A DNA stretch of 64,000 nucleotides from Cenarchaeum sp. (GCA_965242695.1 CBDESU010000001.1:448001-512000); one strand, 5' to 3'. Positions 37,857 through 47,854 are shown, counted from the stretch's first letter. Numbers and translations: made by a program. The notes: generated by a model not told the origin, from the letters alone.

Positions 37857-38365
37857 CCGCGTTCGACGACGGGCTGGCCGCCGGCCGGCTTGTCGTCGGC
37901 GTGTGCGATGCGTGCATGCGCGGCGGCGGCGGCGTCTCCCCCGCCTACCGAGCCTGGCCGCCGGGGGCCGGCGCGTGCCCGATGTGCCTGGGCCCCGTAA
38001 GGTGGGAGCGCCTGCCGCCGTGCGGCAGGATCGTAGAGTTCTCGCGCACGGCCGACGGCAGCCCGTTCTGCCTGGCCGAGTTTGCGCACGGCGTACGCCT
38101 TTTGGGGATGCTGCTTGCGCCGCGGGAGGGCGGCGGAAGCGGCGGAGGGGGTGCAGGCGCCGCCGCCGCCGACCCACAGCCCCGTGCCGGCCCGCGCGGC
38201 CCCGCCGGCTTTGTCCCGCGCGTGCGGCAGCGCGTCGTGCTAGAGTCGTGCTCGCTCGGCGGGGACGGCAGGCCGAGGTACGTCATGCGGGCTGCCGCCG
38301 GTTCTGCCGGCGGCGGGGACATGGGGCCCGAATGGCCGCCGCACCGGGCGCCTGGGCGCCCCTGA
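37853..38365 (+). CDS. DUF35-type Zn-ribbon/OB-fold protein, thiolase partner
   Basis: CxxC...PP...CPxC followed by OB-fold-like segment; ATGA overlap with the thiolase stop. Confidence 0.8.
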   Translation: MTAFDDGLAAGRLVVGVCDACMRGGGGVSPAYRAWPPGAGACPMCLGPVRWERLPPCGRIVEFSRTADGSPFCLAEFAHGVRLLGMLLAPREGGGSGGGGAGAAAADPQPRAGPRGPAGFVPRVRQRVVLESCSLGGDGRPRYVMRAAAGSAGGGDMGPEWPPHRAPGRP

Positions 38366-38426
38366 CGGCCCGCAGGCGGGCGACCGCACGGCCGTCCGCG
38401 ACGCTTTTAGGCGGGCCGACCGGCCG

Positions 38427-39068
38427 ATGCCCGTGCAGGAGGGAGGCGCGGGCGGCCGTGGGGATGCGGGCATGGATGCGGGCGCCGGCGCCGCTGCGGC
38501 GGCCGCGGCGGCGGCGGCCGCTGCCCCGCAGGGTGCGGACGGGCCGGCCCCCGGCAGCCCGTCGGCCGCATCGATCGCCTCGCGCACGCGCCGCCGGCGG
38601 GGGTACGCCTGGGAGGACTCGCTTGCAAAGAGGCTGTCGGCCTCCCCCGGATGGACGGCGTTCCGCCTCGGCTCGCCGAGCATCGGGCTGCCAGACGTGC
38701 TCGCAGTGCGCTCGCGCGGCCGCTCCCTGATGGTGATCGAGGCAAAGTCGGGCACGGGATCGTCCCTGTCGGTGCCGGCCGAGCAGGTGGAGCGGTGCGT
38801 AAATTGGACGCGCATATTCGACGCGTACGCGGACAGGCGGGCCGTGCTGGCGTTCAAGTTCCTCTCGAAGCGGCGCGTCGGCACCGCCTCGTACGAGGGG
38901 CGCAAGCTGCGCGAGTTCTACAAGGTGTGGAACCCGCGGCGCAGGCCGGCCGAGTTCGTGTGCACGTACGACGGCCGGACGTACCTGCGCGGGAGGGACG
39001 GCAGGCGGCGGGCCGTCGAGCTCGACGACTGCCCGATGCCCTTCAGGACGGCGCCGGTCAGAATATGA
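38427..39068 (+). CDS. Archaeal Holliday-junction-resolvase-like PD-(D/E)XK nuclease
   Basis: GYAWEDSL...PDVLAV...IEAKS motif; start uncertain. Confidence 0.8.
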   Translation: MPVQEGGAGGRGDAGMDAGAGAAAAAAAAAAAAPQGADGPAPGSPSAASIASRTRRRRGYAWEDSLAKRLSASPGWTAFRLGSPSIGLPDVLAVRSRGRSLMVIEAKSGTGSSLSVPAEQVERCVNWTRIFDAYADRRAVLAFKFLSKRRVGTASYEGRKLREFYKVWNPRRRPAEFVCTYDGRTYLRGRDGRRRAVELDDCPMPFRTAPVRI

Positions 39069-40167
39069 TGTAGTCTAGCGCGACCGCGTCGCTGATCAGC
39101 GACGTGTGCCTCGAGCCTGCCACGTAGCCGTTCTTGATGTCGGTGGTGGGAACCCACCTGTTCGTCGAGGAGTAGTGCCGGTCGCGGGCGATCTCCTTCT
39201 CTATCGACTCTATGTCGAACTCGCCCTCCTCGATCTGCTGCGTCTCCAGGTGCTTTACAGTCACCAGTATCTTGTCGACCTTTACGCGGTCGCCGAGCTT
39301 CCAAGACGTCGGCGCCTTTTCGTCAGAGACCTCTAGCACCTTGATCTTCATCTCCTTCCTGCCGAACGCGTCTCGGCTGATCAGGACCCGCTCGTCGATA
39401 AAGTCGTCGTACGAGTAGGTCCTGCCGCCCTGCCCGCCCCCGCCTTCGCCGCCGTACTCGCTTACCTCGGTGGGGCCGAGTATGGACTCTATGACGGGGT
39501 TGGGGATGCGATCCTCGGCGCCGCGATCTGCATCGGGTTTGCCCGCGCTCTCTGCCCCATCCTTTTCCGGGGATGCGTCAGGCTCCGCCTTTTCGATCCG
39601 CGGCCGCTCGGGCTCGGCCTTCATCTCGGGCTCGGCCTCCGCCTTGGCTTCGGACTGCGGCCGCTCGGGCTCGGCCTTCATCTCGGGCTCGGCCTCCGCC
39701 TTGGCTTCGGACTGCGGCCGCTCGGGCTCGGCCTCCGCCTTGGCTTCGGACTGCGGCCGCTCGGGCTCGGCCTCCGCCTTGGCTTCGGACTGCGGCCGCT
39801 CGGGCTCGGCCTTCATCTCGGGCTCGGACTTCACCTCGGACGGCGGCCGATCTCTCTTGATCTCTTCACGGCCGTCACCCGCGCTTGCGCCCCGGCCGGC
39901 CGCAGCCGCAGCCGCAGCCGCCGCCCCGGACGATGCCGCGCCGCCCCCCGCATCCGCATCCTTTGACTCGTACAGGACGTCGTGGATTATGTCTGATATC
40001 TCGTCGAGCGACCTGCCGATCTTTTCGGTCTCGCTGAGTCCCGCATCCTGCGCAGGTGCCTCGGGCCGCCCCTCGGACTCGTGGCCGCCTGCCGCATCGG
40101 CGCCGCCGCTCTTTTCCATGCCCTTGCCTGCCCTCGCGCGGCCGCCGTCCTCTTCGTCCTCGCCCAC
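39058..40167 (-). CDS. Hypothetical protein with charged repeat region and globular C-terminal domain
   Basis: ORF 39058..40182; C-terminal YDDFIDERVLISRD...DYIIF is complex and protein-like; GTG 40167 chosen from TATA-like spacing. Confidence 0.75.
   Translation of the reverse strand: MGEDEEDGGRARAGKGMEKSGGADAAGGHESEGRPEAPAQDAGLSETEKIGRSLDEISDIIHDVLYESKDADAGGGAASSGAAAAAAAAAGRGASAGDGREEIKRDRPPSEVKSEPEMKAEPERPQSEAKAEAEPERPQSEAKAEAEPERPQSEAKAEAEPEMKAEPERPQSEAKAEAEPEMKAEPERPRIEKAEPDASPEKDGAESAGKPDADRGAEDRIPNPVIESILGPTEVSEYGGEGGGGQGGRTYSYDDFIDERVLISRDAFGRKEMKIKVLEVSDEKAPTSWKLGDRVKVDKILVTVKHLETQQIEEGEFDIESIEKEIARDRHYSSTNRWVPTTDIKNGYVAGSRHTSLISDAVALDYIIF
39600..39830 (-). repeat. Intragenic tandem repeats encoding (EPEMKA)EPERPQSEAKAEA
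   Basis: Near-identical 39/57-bp units containing ctcgggctcggcctccgccttggcttcggactgcggccg. Confidence 0.9.
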
Positions 40168-40199
40168 GACCGGGGGACGCACCCCGCACTAAAAAAGAT

Positions 40200-41639
40200 C
40201 TATGTTGCGCCCCGCGCCCGCCCCGCGCCCGCCCCATCAGCCGCAAACCCGTCGGCGACAAGGCACATGCATACGGCCGTCTTGCGCAGCAGCGCCGTAG
40301 ACATGAACTCGTTGGGCGAGTGTATGCGCGCGAACACGTGCGTGCCGCCGACCGACACGCACGGCGCCCCGAGCACAGTGGCAAAGGCGTGCATGGGCCC
40401 CGTCCCAGCGCTCGAGACGCTTAGCACGGCGGGGCGGCGGTGCGCCGCCTCGGCCGCGCCCTGCACCGTGCGCACGAACGGGTCGGACGGGTCGGTCCTC
40501 CAGGCGGGCACTGCGGCATGCACGCGCACGGACACGTCGCCGTACCCGCGCCGCCGCAGGTGTGCCCTGAGGAGGGCCTCTAGGCGGCGGGGATCCATCC
40601 CGGGCACCAGTCTAAAGTCGACCTTTGCCGCCGCGCGCGCCGGCAGGACTGTCTTTGCCCCCTCGCCCGTGTACCCCGACACGAGGCCGGCAATGTTGCA
40701 CGTCGGGGCGGCGGCAAGGTCGCGCTTTGCCTCGTCCGGCGTGCGGCCGCCGGCGAGACCCCTTGCGCCAAACCCCGCCGCCAGCGCCCGCGCATCGAGC
40801 GGCTCGGCATCGAGCAGCCTCCTGGAGAGCGCATCGAGCGGCTCGACTCCGTCGTACCACCCGTCGACGGCGACGGCCCGGCCGTCGGGCGAGCGCAGCG
40901 TGCCGAGGGCGCCGACGACCCTCCATGCCGGATTCTCGAGCGCCGGCGCCAGGCTAGAGTGCGCATCGTGGGACGGGCCGCTAGCGGAAAGCTCGGCGTA
41001 CAGCAGCCCCTTCATGCCGAGCCCGACGACGGGGCGCCCCGCCTCATCGACATGGCCAAACTCCCACACCACGGCGCCGCATGACATCTTTTGCCTGTGC
41101 TCGCGCAGGTACCGCCCGATGTGGGCGCTGCCAGTCTCTTCCTCGCCCTCGACTACGAACTTTACGTCGCACGGCACGTCGCCGCGCGCATCGAGCATGG
41201 CCTCGACGGCGGCCACGCGCGCCATCAGCTCGCCCTTGTCGTCGGACGCGCCGCGGCCGTGCACGCGCCCGCCCGCATGCTCGCCGCCAAACGGCGGGCG
41301 CCGCCACTGGCCGAGCGGCTCGGCTGGCTGCACGTCGTAGTGGTTGTAGAACAGGAGCGCCGGCGCGCCGGGATTCGACGACGACTTCAGGTGGGCGAGC
41401 ACGACGGGCGGCGCGCGCCGCCTGCCGCCGCCGGGCAGCCTCAGCAGGCGGGCCGGAATTCCGCGCCGCCGGAGCGTCTCGGCCACGAGGGATGCGCACT
41501 CGCGCAGGCCCTCGCCGGTCGCCGACACGCTCGGCTGCCGCACAAGATCCTGCAGCGATCGGACGGTCGACGGGAACGACGAGCGAAGGGCCGCCGCGAC
41601 GGCGGGGTCAAAGGCGGGGCGGGGCGGCGGCGCCTGCAT
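40200..41639 (-). CDS. M20/M25/M40 family metallo-hydrolase (ArgE/DapE-like)
   Basis: FYNHYDVQP, GRGASDDKG, EGEEETGS, IHSPNE motifs. Confidence 0.92.
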   Translation of the reverse strand: MQAPPPRPAFDPAVAAALRSSFPSTVRSLQDLVRQPSVSATGEGLRECASLVAETLRRRGIPARLLRLPGGGRRRAPPVVLAHLKSSSNPGAPALLFYNHYDVQPAEPLGQWRRPPFGGEHAGGRVHGRGASDDKGELMARVAAVEAMLDARGDVPCDVKFVVEGEEETGSAHIGRYLREHRQKMSCGAVVWEFGHVDEAGRPVVGLGMKGLLYAELSASGPSHDAHSSLAPALENPAWRVVGALGTLRSPDGRAVAVDGWYDGVEPLDALSRRLLDAEPLDARALAAGFGARGLAGGRTPDEAKRDLAAAPTCNIAGLVSGYTGEGAKTVLPARAAAKVDFRLVPGMDPRRLEALLRAHLRRRGYGDVSVRVHAAVPAWRTDPSDPFVRTVQGAAEAAHRRPAVLSVSSAGTGPMHAFATVLGAPCVSVGGTHVFARIHSPNEFMSTALLRKTAVCMCLVADGFAADGAGAGRARGAT

Positions 41640-41658
41640 GGCGGCCTGCCCGCCTCCG

Positions 41659-42612
41659 CTACGGGGCCGACGTGTCAAAGGGCCTCATCGCCGCAGGAAT
41701 CCTGCCGAGCAGGTCGGATGCCACAATGTGCGTTCCCATCGTCTTTTGCAGGGCCTTTCCGGCAAGGCCGTTGAAGAAGACCGCCGCCGCGGCGGCCTCG
41801 GCCGGCCGCCTGCTGCGCGCGAGCAGGCCGGCTAGCAGCCCGGACAGCACGTCGCCCGTGCCGCCCACGGTCATTGCGGGCGCGCCGCCGCGGTGGACGA
41901 ACGTCCGCTCGCCGTCGGATACGATGTCGGCCGGCCCCTTGAGCAGCACTGTGATCTCGTGGCGCCGCGCCGTGCGGGCGACGGCGGCGATCCGCTCGGC
42001 CTCGACCTGCGGCGCGTCCTCGCCGAACAGCCGCCGAAACTCGCCCTGGTGCGGCGTGACGACCGTCCTCGACCCCGCGATCGCCTTTAGGACCTCGGGC
42101 AGCAGCGCGCCGCCGTCGAGCACAAGCCCCGCGTCCGCGTCGAGCAGCGACCTTGCGAGCAGGGAGAGCGCTCCGCGGTCGCGCACCGCGATGCCCATGC
42201 CGACGGCGGCCGAGTGGAGGCCCGCCGGCACGTGGCCGAGCAGCTTGCGCGCCGCGCCGCGCGTGAGCTTTTGGTCGGCCATGGGCACGACGATGAGGTC
42301 TGGCGAGGCCGAGCGCGTCGCCGCCGCGTTTGCGCTCGGCACGGCGGTGTACACGAGGTCGGCGCCGCTGCGCAGCGCGGCAAGGGATGCGAGGATCGGC
42401 GCGCCGTGGTACACGTTGCTGCCGCCGACGACGAGCACGCGGCCGTTCTGCCCCTTGTGCGAGCCAGGTGGGCGGCCCGGGACAAACCGCCGCACGACCG
42501 ACGGCTCTACGACTACGACCTCGGCGGGGGATGGGGAATCGCGCCCTCCCTGGCGCCCGGCGCCCGCGCCATCCTTTTCCCCGTCCCTTGGTGGGGCGCC
42601 CCCTCCCTGCAC
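41659..42612 (-). CDS. nnrD: NAD(P)H-hydrate dehydratase (YjeF C-terminal domain)
   Basis: HKGQNGRVLVVGGS..YHGAP, TPHQGEF, LKG, GGTGDVLSG motifs; TATA-like cttatc upstream. Confidence 0.9.
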   Translation of the reverse strand: MQGGGAPPRDGEKDGAGAGRQGGRDSPSPAEVVVVEPSVVRRFVPGRPPGSHKGQNGRVLVVGGSNVYHGAPILASLAALRSGADLVYTAVPSANAAATRSASPDLIVVPMADQKLTRGAARKLLGHVPAGLHSAAVGMGIAVRDRGALSLLARSLLDADAGLVLDGGALLPEVLKAIAGSRTVVTPHQGEFRRLFGEDAPQVEAERIAAVARTARRHEITVLLKGPADIVSDGERTFVHRGGAPAMTVGGTGDVLSGLLAGLLARSRRPAEAAAAAVFFNGLAGKALQKTMGTHIVASDLLGRIPAAMRPFDTSAP

Positions 42613-42824
42613 GCGGGACGGCGGCGCCGCTTGCAGATAAGCGTTGCCAGGGCGAAGGCCCGCGGGATGCGGCCGGCGCCGCGCCGGCGGGGGCGCACGC
42701 CGGACGGCCGGCGCGAGTCCGCCCTGGCCGCACCCTTTCGGCGGCGGCATGCGGCGATGCAGTCCGGCTCGCCCATTGGCGTGGGGCGGAATGGCGCCGC
42801 GCCGCTCCGCCTCTGCGTCCCCCG

Positions 42825-44225
42825 CTACCCTTCGCCCCGCCCCGTCTTCCCCTTCAGGAACCGCATTATCAGCGGGTGGCACAGCTGTGAGCTGTGCGCC
42901 GCCGAGTCTGTCCCGATGCCATAGCTGACGGTCGAGTCGCCCACAAAGAACAGCCCGTCGACGCCGGCCCCCGCATGCGGCGCCTTGTCCTTCCACACGG
43001 CGCCCGGCTCCTTTGCGACTGACTCTACGAGGGCCCACGCCGACGGCCGCTCCCAAAGCACGCTCTTCTCGAACGCGGGGTACAGCTCGCATATCTCCTC
43101 CTTCATGCGGTCGCTGATCTCCCTCGTGCGCGCCGCGCCGCGCGCATCCGACGCATCCACGGGCGTGCCGGCCATCATCAGGTGCTCGCCCTCGGGCGAG
43201 ACGGCCGGCGCTATGTTCGATATGAAGAACAGCCCCCTTGCCGTCCTGCCTGCGCCGACGGGGAACACGACCTGCCTCCTATCGACCCTCTCGGACGTGC
43301 AAAAGTGCGTCTCGACCACGGCAGTCGTCCTCTCCAGGCCGGCCACGCGCCGCCGAAACCCGGCGTCAAGGTCGCCGGCCCCGAACAGCCTCCGCGCCGC
43401 CTCGTACGCCGGCAGCGAGACGACGGTGCAGTCCGACTCGATCGTCGCGCCGTCCGCGGTCTCGACTCCTGCCGCCCTGCCGCCCTCGACGACCACCCTC
43501 TGCGCGGCGCGGCCCGTTATGATGCGGCCGCCGGATGCGCGCACGTACCGCGCGAGCGCGCCGCAGATGCGGTCGTAGCCGCCCTGCGCGGGGTACGCAA
43601 ACTCGCTCGTCCCGCCCCTGAACGGGTTGGCCCTGATCATGGTCCGCACGAACTCGCCTAGCGAGACGCGCTCGGGCACGTCCGCGAACGCGAGCATGCA
43701 GACGGCCTCGAAGAACGGGCGGGCCCCGGCGTCGAGGCGGCCGACGACGTCCGAGAGCGGGGCGCGGTCTAGCCTGGCCGCCGCGCCCATGGTCGAGAAC
43801 GCCATCGGGAGGATGGCGCGCAGCAGGCCGAGCCGGCTGCGCAGCGGCATCGTCTCCAGGCGCAAGAGGTCGGCGATGCCTCGCGGGTACCTTGCAAACC
43901 TCCCCCTCCCGGTGGCGAACGCAATGTCGGTCACCCTTGCAAGCTCCAGCCCGCCGGCCGCGCCGGTGTCCGCAAGGACCCTGTACAGCGCCGACGCCTT
44001 GTAGAACGGCATTATATGGAAGCCGTTGTCGAGGATGTGGCCCCGGTACCTAGACGAGGCCGTCCGGCCGCCGACCCTCTGCGACCTTTCAAGGACGACG
44101 ACGCCGCGCACGCCGGCCCTGCAGAGCAGGGCGGCGGTGCACAGCCCGCTCACCCCCGCGCCCACGACGAGGACGCTGCACCTGCCGCCCGCGTCCCGCC
44201 CCGCGCCGCCGGCCGCCCCTTCCAT
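42825..44225 (-). CDS. FAD-dependent oxidoreductase (phytoene dehydrogenase-like)
   Basis: VVGAGVSGL...LER...GGR...DNGFH; LFFVGDS near the C-terminus. Confidence 0.88.
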   Translation of the reverse strand: MEGAAGGAGRDAGGRCSVLVVGAGVSGLCTAALLCRAGVRGVVVLERSQRVGGRTASSRYRGHILDNGFHIMPFYKASALYRVLADTGAAGGLELARVTDIAFATGRGRFARYPRGIADLLRLETMPLRSRLGLLRAILPMAFSTMGAAARLDRAPLSDVVGRLDAGARPFFEAVCMLAFADVPERVSLGEFVRTMIRANPFRGGTSEFAYPAQGGYDRICGALARYVRASGGRIITGRAAQRVVVEGGRAAGVETADGATIESDCTVVSLPAYEAARRLFGAGDLDAGFRRRVAGLERTTAVVETHFCTSERVDRRQVVFPVGAGRTARGLFFISNIAPAVSPEGEHLMMAGTPVDASDARGAARTREISDRMKEEICELYPAFEKSVLWERPSAWALVESVAKEPGAVWKDKAPHAGAGVDGLFFVGDSTVSYGIGTDSAAHSSQLCHPLIMRFLKGKTGRGEG

Positions 44226-44379
44226 CGGGCGGAGAGGCGCCCCTCCAACCGATAAGCGTATGGATTCGGCGCGGCGCCCATCCAGGCCCGCCCGGCTCCG
44301 CCCGCCTGCCGCCCCTGCCCACGCCCATCCTGCGGCCGCCCCGCCAACGACATAAATCCCGCACGGCGGGCCCCTGCGC

Positions 44380-46719
44380 GTGGGCGATTCTGCGGGCGGC
44401 TGCGGAGACGGCGCGGCGGGGAGCTCCGATCCGGCCGACAGGGGCGACGAGGCCGCGAAGCGCGACGCATTCCAAGAGGCGCTTGCCGCGTACGACGAGG
44501 CCGTGCGGCTGGATCCCGGGAGCGCAAGGGGGCACAGGGGCCGCGGCGGGGCCCTGTGCTCGCTGGACCGCGACGACGAGGCGCTTGCCGCGTACGACGA
44601 GGCCGTGCGGCTGGATCCCGGCGATGCCGGCGGCCACAAGGGCCGCGGCGATGCCCTGGAAAAGCTCGGTCGCCGCGACGAGGCCGCGGCGGCGTACGAC
44701 GAGGCCGTGCGGCTGGATCCCAAGAACGCCTACTTTTATGCCGAGCGCGGCGAGTTCCTGCGCTTCAGCGATCGCCACCGCGAGGCGCTCGAGTCGTACG
44801 ACACGGCAATACGGCTGGACCCCGGGGCCGCATACGCGCATGCCGGGCGCGGCGCCCTCCTGTCGGACATGGATCGCGACGACGAGGCCATGGCCGCACA
44901 CGACGAGGCCGTCCGCCTGGAACCAAAAAACTCCCTCTGGCACGTGTGGCGCGCCAGGCTCCTGGCCGCCCTGGGCCGCGACGAAGAGGCGATCGAGTCG
45001 TACGACGAGGCGGCCCGCCTGGATCCAAAGCCCGTCGTGCAGATGGAGCGCGGCGGCATCCTGCACGGGCTTGGCCGCGACGACGAGGCCATGGCCGCGT
45101 ACGACGAGATGATCCGCTTGGATCCAAAAAACTCCCTCTGGCATACCGCGCACGGCGACGCCCTGCTGGACATGGGCCGCGGCGACGAGGCGCTCGAGTC
45201 GTACGACGAGGCGATCCGCCTGGAACCCGAGTATGCCGGCGCGCACGCCGAGCGCGCCTCGGCCTTGGAATCCCTTGGCCGCCACAAGGAGGCGCTCGAG
45301 TCGTACGACGAGGCGGTCCGCCTGGAACCCGAGACCGCCTACCTGCGCGCCGAGCAGGGCAACGCCCTGTCCCGGCTTGGCCGCTACAAGGATGCCCTAG
45401 AGTCGTACGACGAGGCCGTGCGGCTGGATCCAAAGAGGGCCGGCATCCATGTGGGGCGCGGCATCATCCTGTACTCCCTTGGCCGCCACGACGAGGCGCT
45501 CGAGTCGTACGACGAGGCCGTGCGGCTGGACCCAGAGGGCGCCGACGCCCACAGGGAGCGCGGCTCGCTCCTGCACCGCCTTGGCCGCCACAGGGAGGCG
45601 CTCGCCTCGCTCGACAGGGCGGTGGAACTCGCAGACGACCCGTCCCAGGCCCTCTTTCTGCGCGGCGCCGTGCTCCTCATCCTCTCGAGGCCCGGCAGGG
45701 CCGCGCGCGACTTCAGGTCGTTGGCCTCGGCCGATCCAGGCAGCGCAGAGGCCCGCCTAATGCTCGGGATCGCATACGGGCTGCGCGGCCGCGAAAAAAG
45801 GGCGCTCGCGGCGCTCAGGGCGGCGGTCCGCTTGGAACCGCGGTACGCGCAGGCGCGGACCGCGTACGGCCAGGCGCTGCTCGACGCCGGCCGTCCCGGC
45901 AGGGCGCTTGCCGAGTACGACGAGGCGGTGGGGATCGACGACTCTGACCCGACGGCTCACGAGGGGAGGGGATTTGCGCTGCTCGGCTCCGGCAGGGCCG
46001 GGGATGCGCTCGCGGCGTTCGCCAGGGCCCTGAAGATCGACCCGCGCAGGGCAAAGGCCCACATGGGGAGGGCGCTTGCGCTCTCTGCCGCCGGCAAGAG
46101 GAAGAGGGCCCTTGCCGCCTTTGGCCGGGCCGTGCGGCTCGAGCCACGGCTGGGCTCCGCCCATGCAGGAATGGGCATGCTGCTGTTCAGGTCAGGCAGG
46201 ATGAAGAGGGCTCTTGCGGCGTTCGACAAGGCCTTGTCGATCGAGCCGGGCGATGCGGACACGCACTGCATGCGCGGCAGGGCGCTCGCCGAGCTTGGCC
46301 GCGGCGCAGAGGCCCTCGCGGCCCTCGACAGGGCAGAGAAGCTGGACTCTGACGTCGACGAGCTGCACCTGGCGCGCGGAATCGCGCTCTTGGAGATGGA
46401 TCGGTTCGGCGATGCGCTCGAGTCGCTGGACCGGGCCGTGCGGGCCGAGCCGGACAACCCAGCGGCCCACTACCAGCGCGGCATGGCGCTGATCGACCTT
46501 GAGAGGTACGCCGATGCGCTCAAGGCGTTCGACGAGGCGGCCCGGATCGATCCCGACTCGGGGCGGGTCGAATGCGGGCGCGCCATGGCCCTTGCCGACC
46601 TGGGCCGCTTCGGGGAGGCGCGGGCCGCGGCAGAAAAGGCCGCCAGGCTCGAGCCGGGCGACAGGGACATAGAGACGGTTCGCAGGACGCTTCGGGACGT
46701 GCCGGGCGGCGGCCGCTGA
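44380..46719 (+). CDS. Tetratricopeptide-repeat protein (about 20 TPRs)
   Basis: 34-aa periodic AHxxRGxxLxxLGRxxEALxxYDEAVRLDP; cataaa box 29 nt upstream. Confidence 0.92.
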   Translation: MGDSAGGCGDGAAGSSDPADRGDEAAKRDAFQEALAAYDEAVRLDPGSARGHRGRGGALCSLDRDDEALAAYDEAVRLDPGDAGGHKGRGDALEKLGRRDEAAAAYDEAVRLDPKNAYFYAERGEFLRFSDRHREALESYDTAIRLDPGAAYAHAGRGALLSDMDRDDEAMAAHDEAVRLEPKNSLWHVWRARLLAALGRDEEAIESYDEAARLDPKPVVQMERGGILHGLGRDDEAMAAYDEMIRLDPKNSLWHTAHGDALLDMGRGDEALESYDEAIRLEPEYAGAHAERASALESLGRHKEALESYDEAVRLEPETAYLRAEQGNALSRLGRYKDALESYDEAVRLDPKRAGIHVGRGIILYSLGRHDEALESYDEAVRLDPEGADAHRERGSLLHRLGRHREALASLDRAVELADDPSQALFLRGAVLLILSRPGRAARDFRSLASADPGSAEARLMLGIAYGLRGREKRALAALRAAVRLEPRYAQARTAYGQALLDAGRPGRALAEYDEAVGIDDSDPTAHEGRGFALLGSGRAGDALAAFARALKIDPRRAKAHMGRALALSAAGKRKRALAAFGRAVRLEPRLGSAHAGMGMLLFRSGRMKRALAAFDKALSIEPGDADTHCMRGRALAELGRGAEALAALDRAEKLDSDVDELHLARGIALLEMDRFGDALESLDRAVRAEPDNPAAHYQRGMALIDLERYADALKAFDEAARIDPDSGRVECGRAMALADLGRFGEARAAAEKAARLEPGDRDIETVRRTLRDVPGGGR

Positions 46720-46833
46720 GGCCGGCGGGCGGGCAGGCAGGACGGCGGCCGATCCCCCGCCGCCTGCGGCGCGGCGGGCCGCCCTGCTGCGCGGCCAAAG
46801 AGGTAGAAGCGGCGCGCGAGGCGCCTGGGCGGA

Positions 46834-47091
46834 CTACTCGATCTTGCGGCGGCCGGTACCGCGGCCGGTCTCTATGTAGAGGCCCTTGCCGGAAGGCCGG
46901 CCCTTGGTCTCGGCGATGTCCCCGAGGCGGATCTTTCTGGTGCCCCTGCCGACCGTCACGTACACGTCCTTTGCGGCCTCCTTCCTGGCCTCGTTGTACT
47001 TGCGGTACTCTTCGCCGGTCCAGTTGTCCTTTTCGTTCTTGACTACGCGGCGGCTGGTGCCCCTGCCGCCGACTCTGACAACGTCTCCCAT
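46834..47091 (-). CDS. 85-aa basic protein with three GRGT motifs, copy A
   Basis: 73/85 identical to 56777..57034; GATTTAA box about 27 nt upstream. Confidence 0.85.
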   Translation of the reverse strand: MGDVVRVGGRGTSRRVVKNEKDNWTGEEYRKYNEARKEAAKDVYVTVGRGTRKIRLGDIAETKGRPSGKGLYIETGRGTGRRKIE

Positions 47092-47325
47092 GGGACGGGG
47101 CGGCACGGGCCGCCTTAAATCGGTTGCGATTTTGGCGATCGGGGTGCCGCGGCGCGCATGCGCCGCGCCGTTCCTGCCGGGGCGGGTGAAGGGGGGCCGG
47201 CGGACGGGCGGCGCTCGGCCGCTGCGCGCAGGGCGCCGGCATGCGCCGCGCATCGAGGTCCCGGGACAGCACTAGACCCGGGGCATGCCGGTAAGGGTTT
47301 TAACCGATGTCGGGCGCGCGCCGCC

Positions 47326-47715
47326 GTGATCTCAAAGCAGGTCGTCGTCAACGGCGTAAAGTTCAAGCTCACGCTCACCGAGCCCGTCATCGACCAGGTC
47401 AAGACGCTAAAGGACCTGTACGCCACGGCGTACGAGGATCCGGACGCCTTTGAGGATGCCAGCTCGGAGATATCCTCCCTAGTCCGCGAGATCGCATCGG
47501 CCGTGGAGCCGGACGCCTCGGACGGCGACCTTGACGGCCTCATGCAGGAGATCATCCGCGTAGTCGACAGCAAGGACGCCGAGGTGGCCCGCCAGAGGTC
47601 GGGCCACGACGCCCAGTCCCGCGACCGCTCACGCGACCGCTCACGCGACCGCTCACGCGACCGCTCACGCGACCGCTCACGCGACCGCTCACGCGACCGC
47701 TCCCGACGTCGCTGA
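47326..47715 (+). CDS. Hypothetical protein with (SRDR)7 tail
   Basis: GTG start 27 nt after tttaac; helical acidic body; repeat-encoded tail. Confidence 0.8.
   Translation: MISKQVVVNGVKFKLTLTEPVIDQVKTLKDLYATAYEDPDAFEDASSEISSLVREIASAVEPDASDGDLDGLMQEIIRVVDSKDAEVARQRSGHDAQSRDRSRDRSRDRSRDRSRDRSRDRSRDRSRRR
47620..47703 (+). repeat. 12-bp tandem repeat x7 (cgcgaccgctca)
   Basis: Six perfect units plus one with a last-base change. Confidence 0.95.
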
Positions 47716-47854
47716 CGCCGGGCCGCATGCCGCCCTCTCTGGCGGCGGCCAGCGAGACCGATTCTCCGAAGAGGCGGGCTGACGCCGGGCCGCATGCCGC
47801 GCCCTCGGGCGGCCCATGATGAAGGTTATATGGTCTGCGGCCGCGTCCGCGGGC

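Noticed and set aside
47620-47800. Possible CRISPR array
   Set aside because: The 12-bp units have no spacers, the 23-bp repeat has only two copies, and no cas genes are present in the window.
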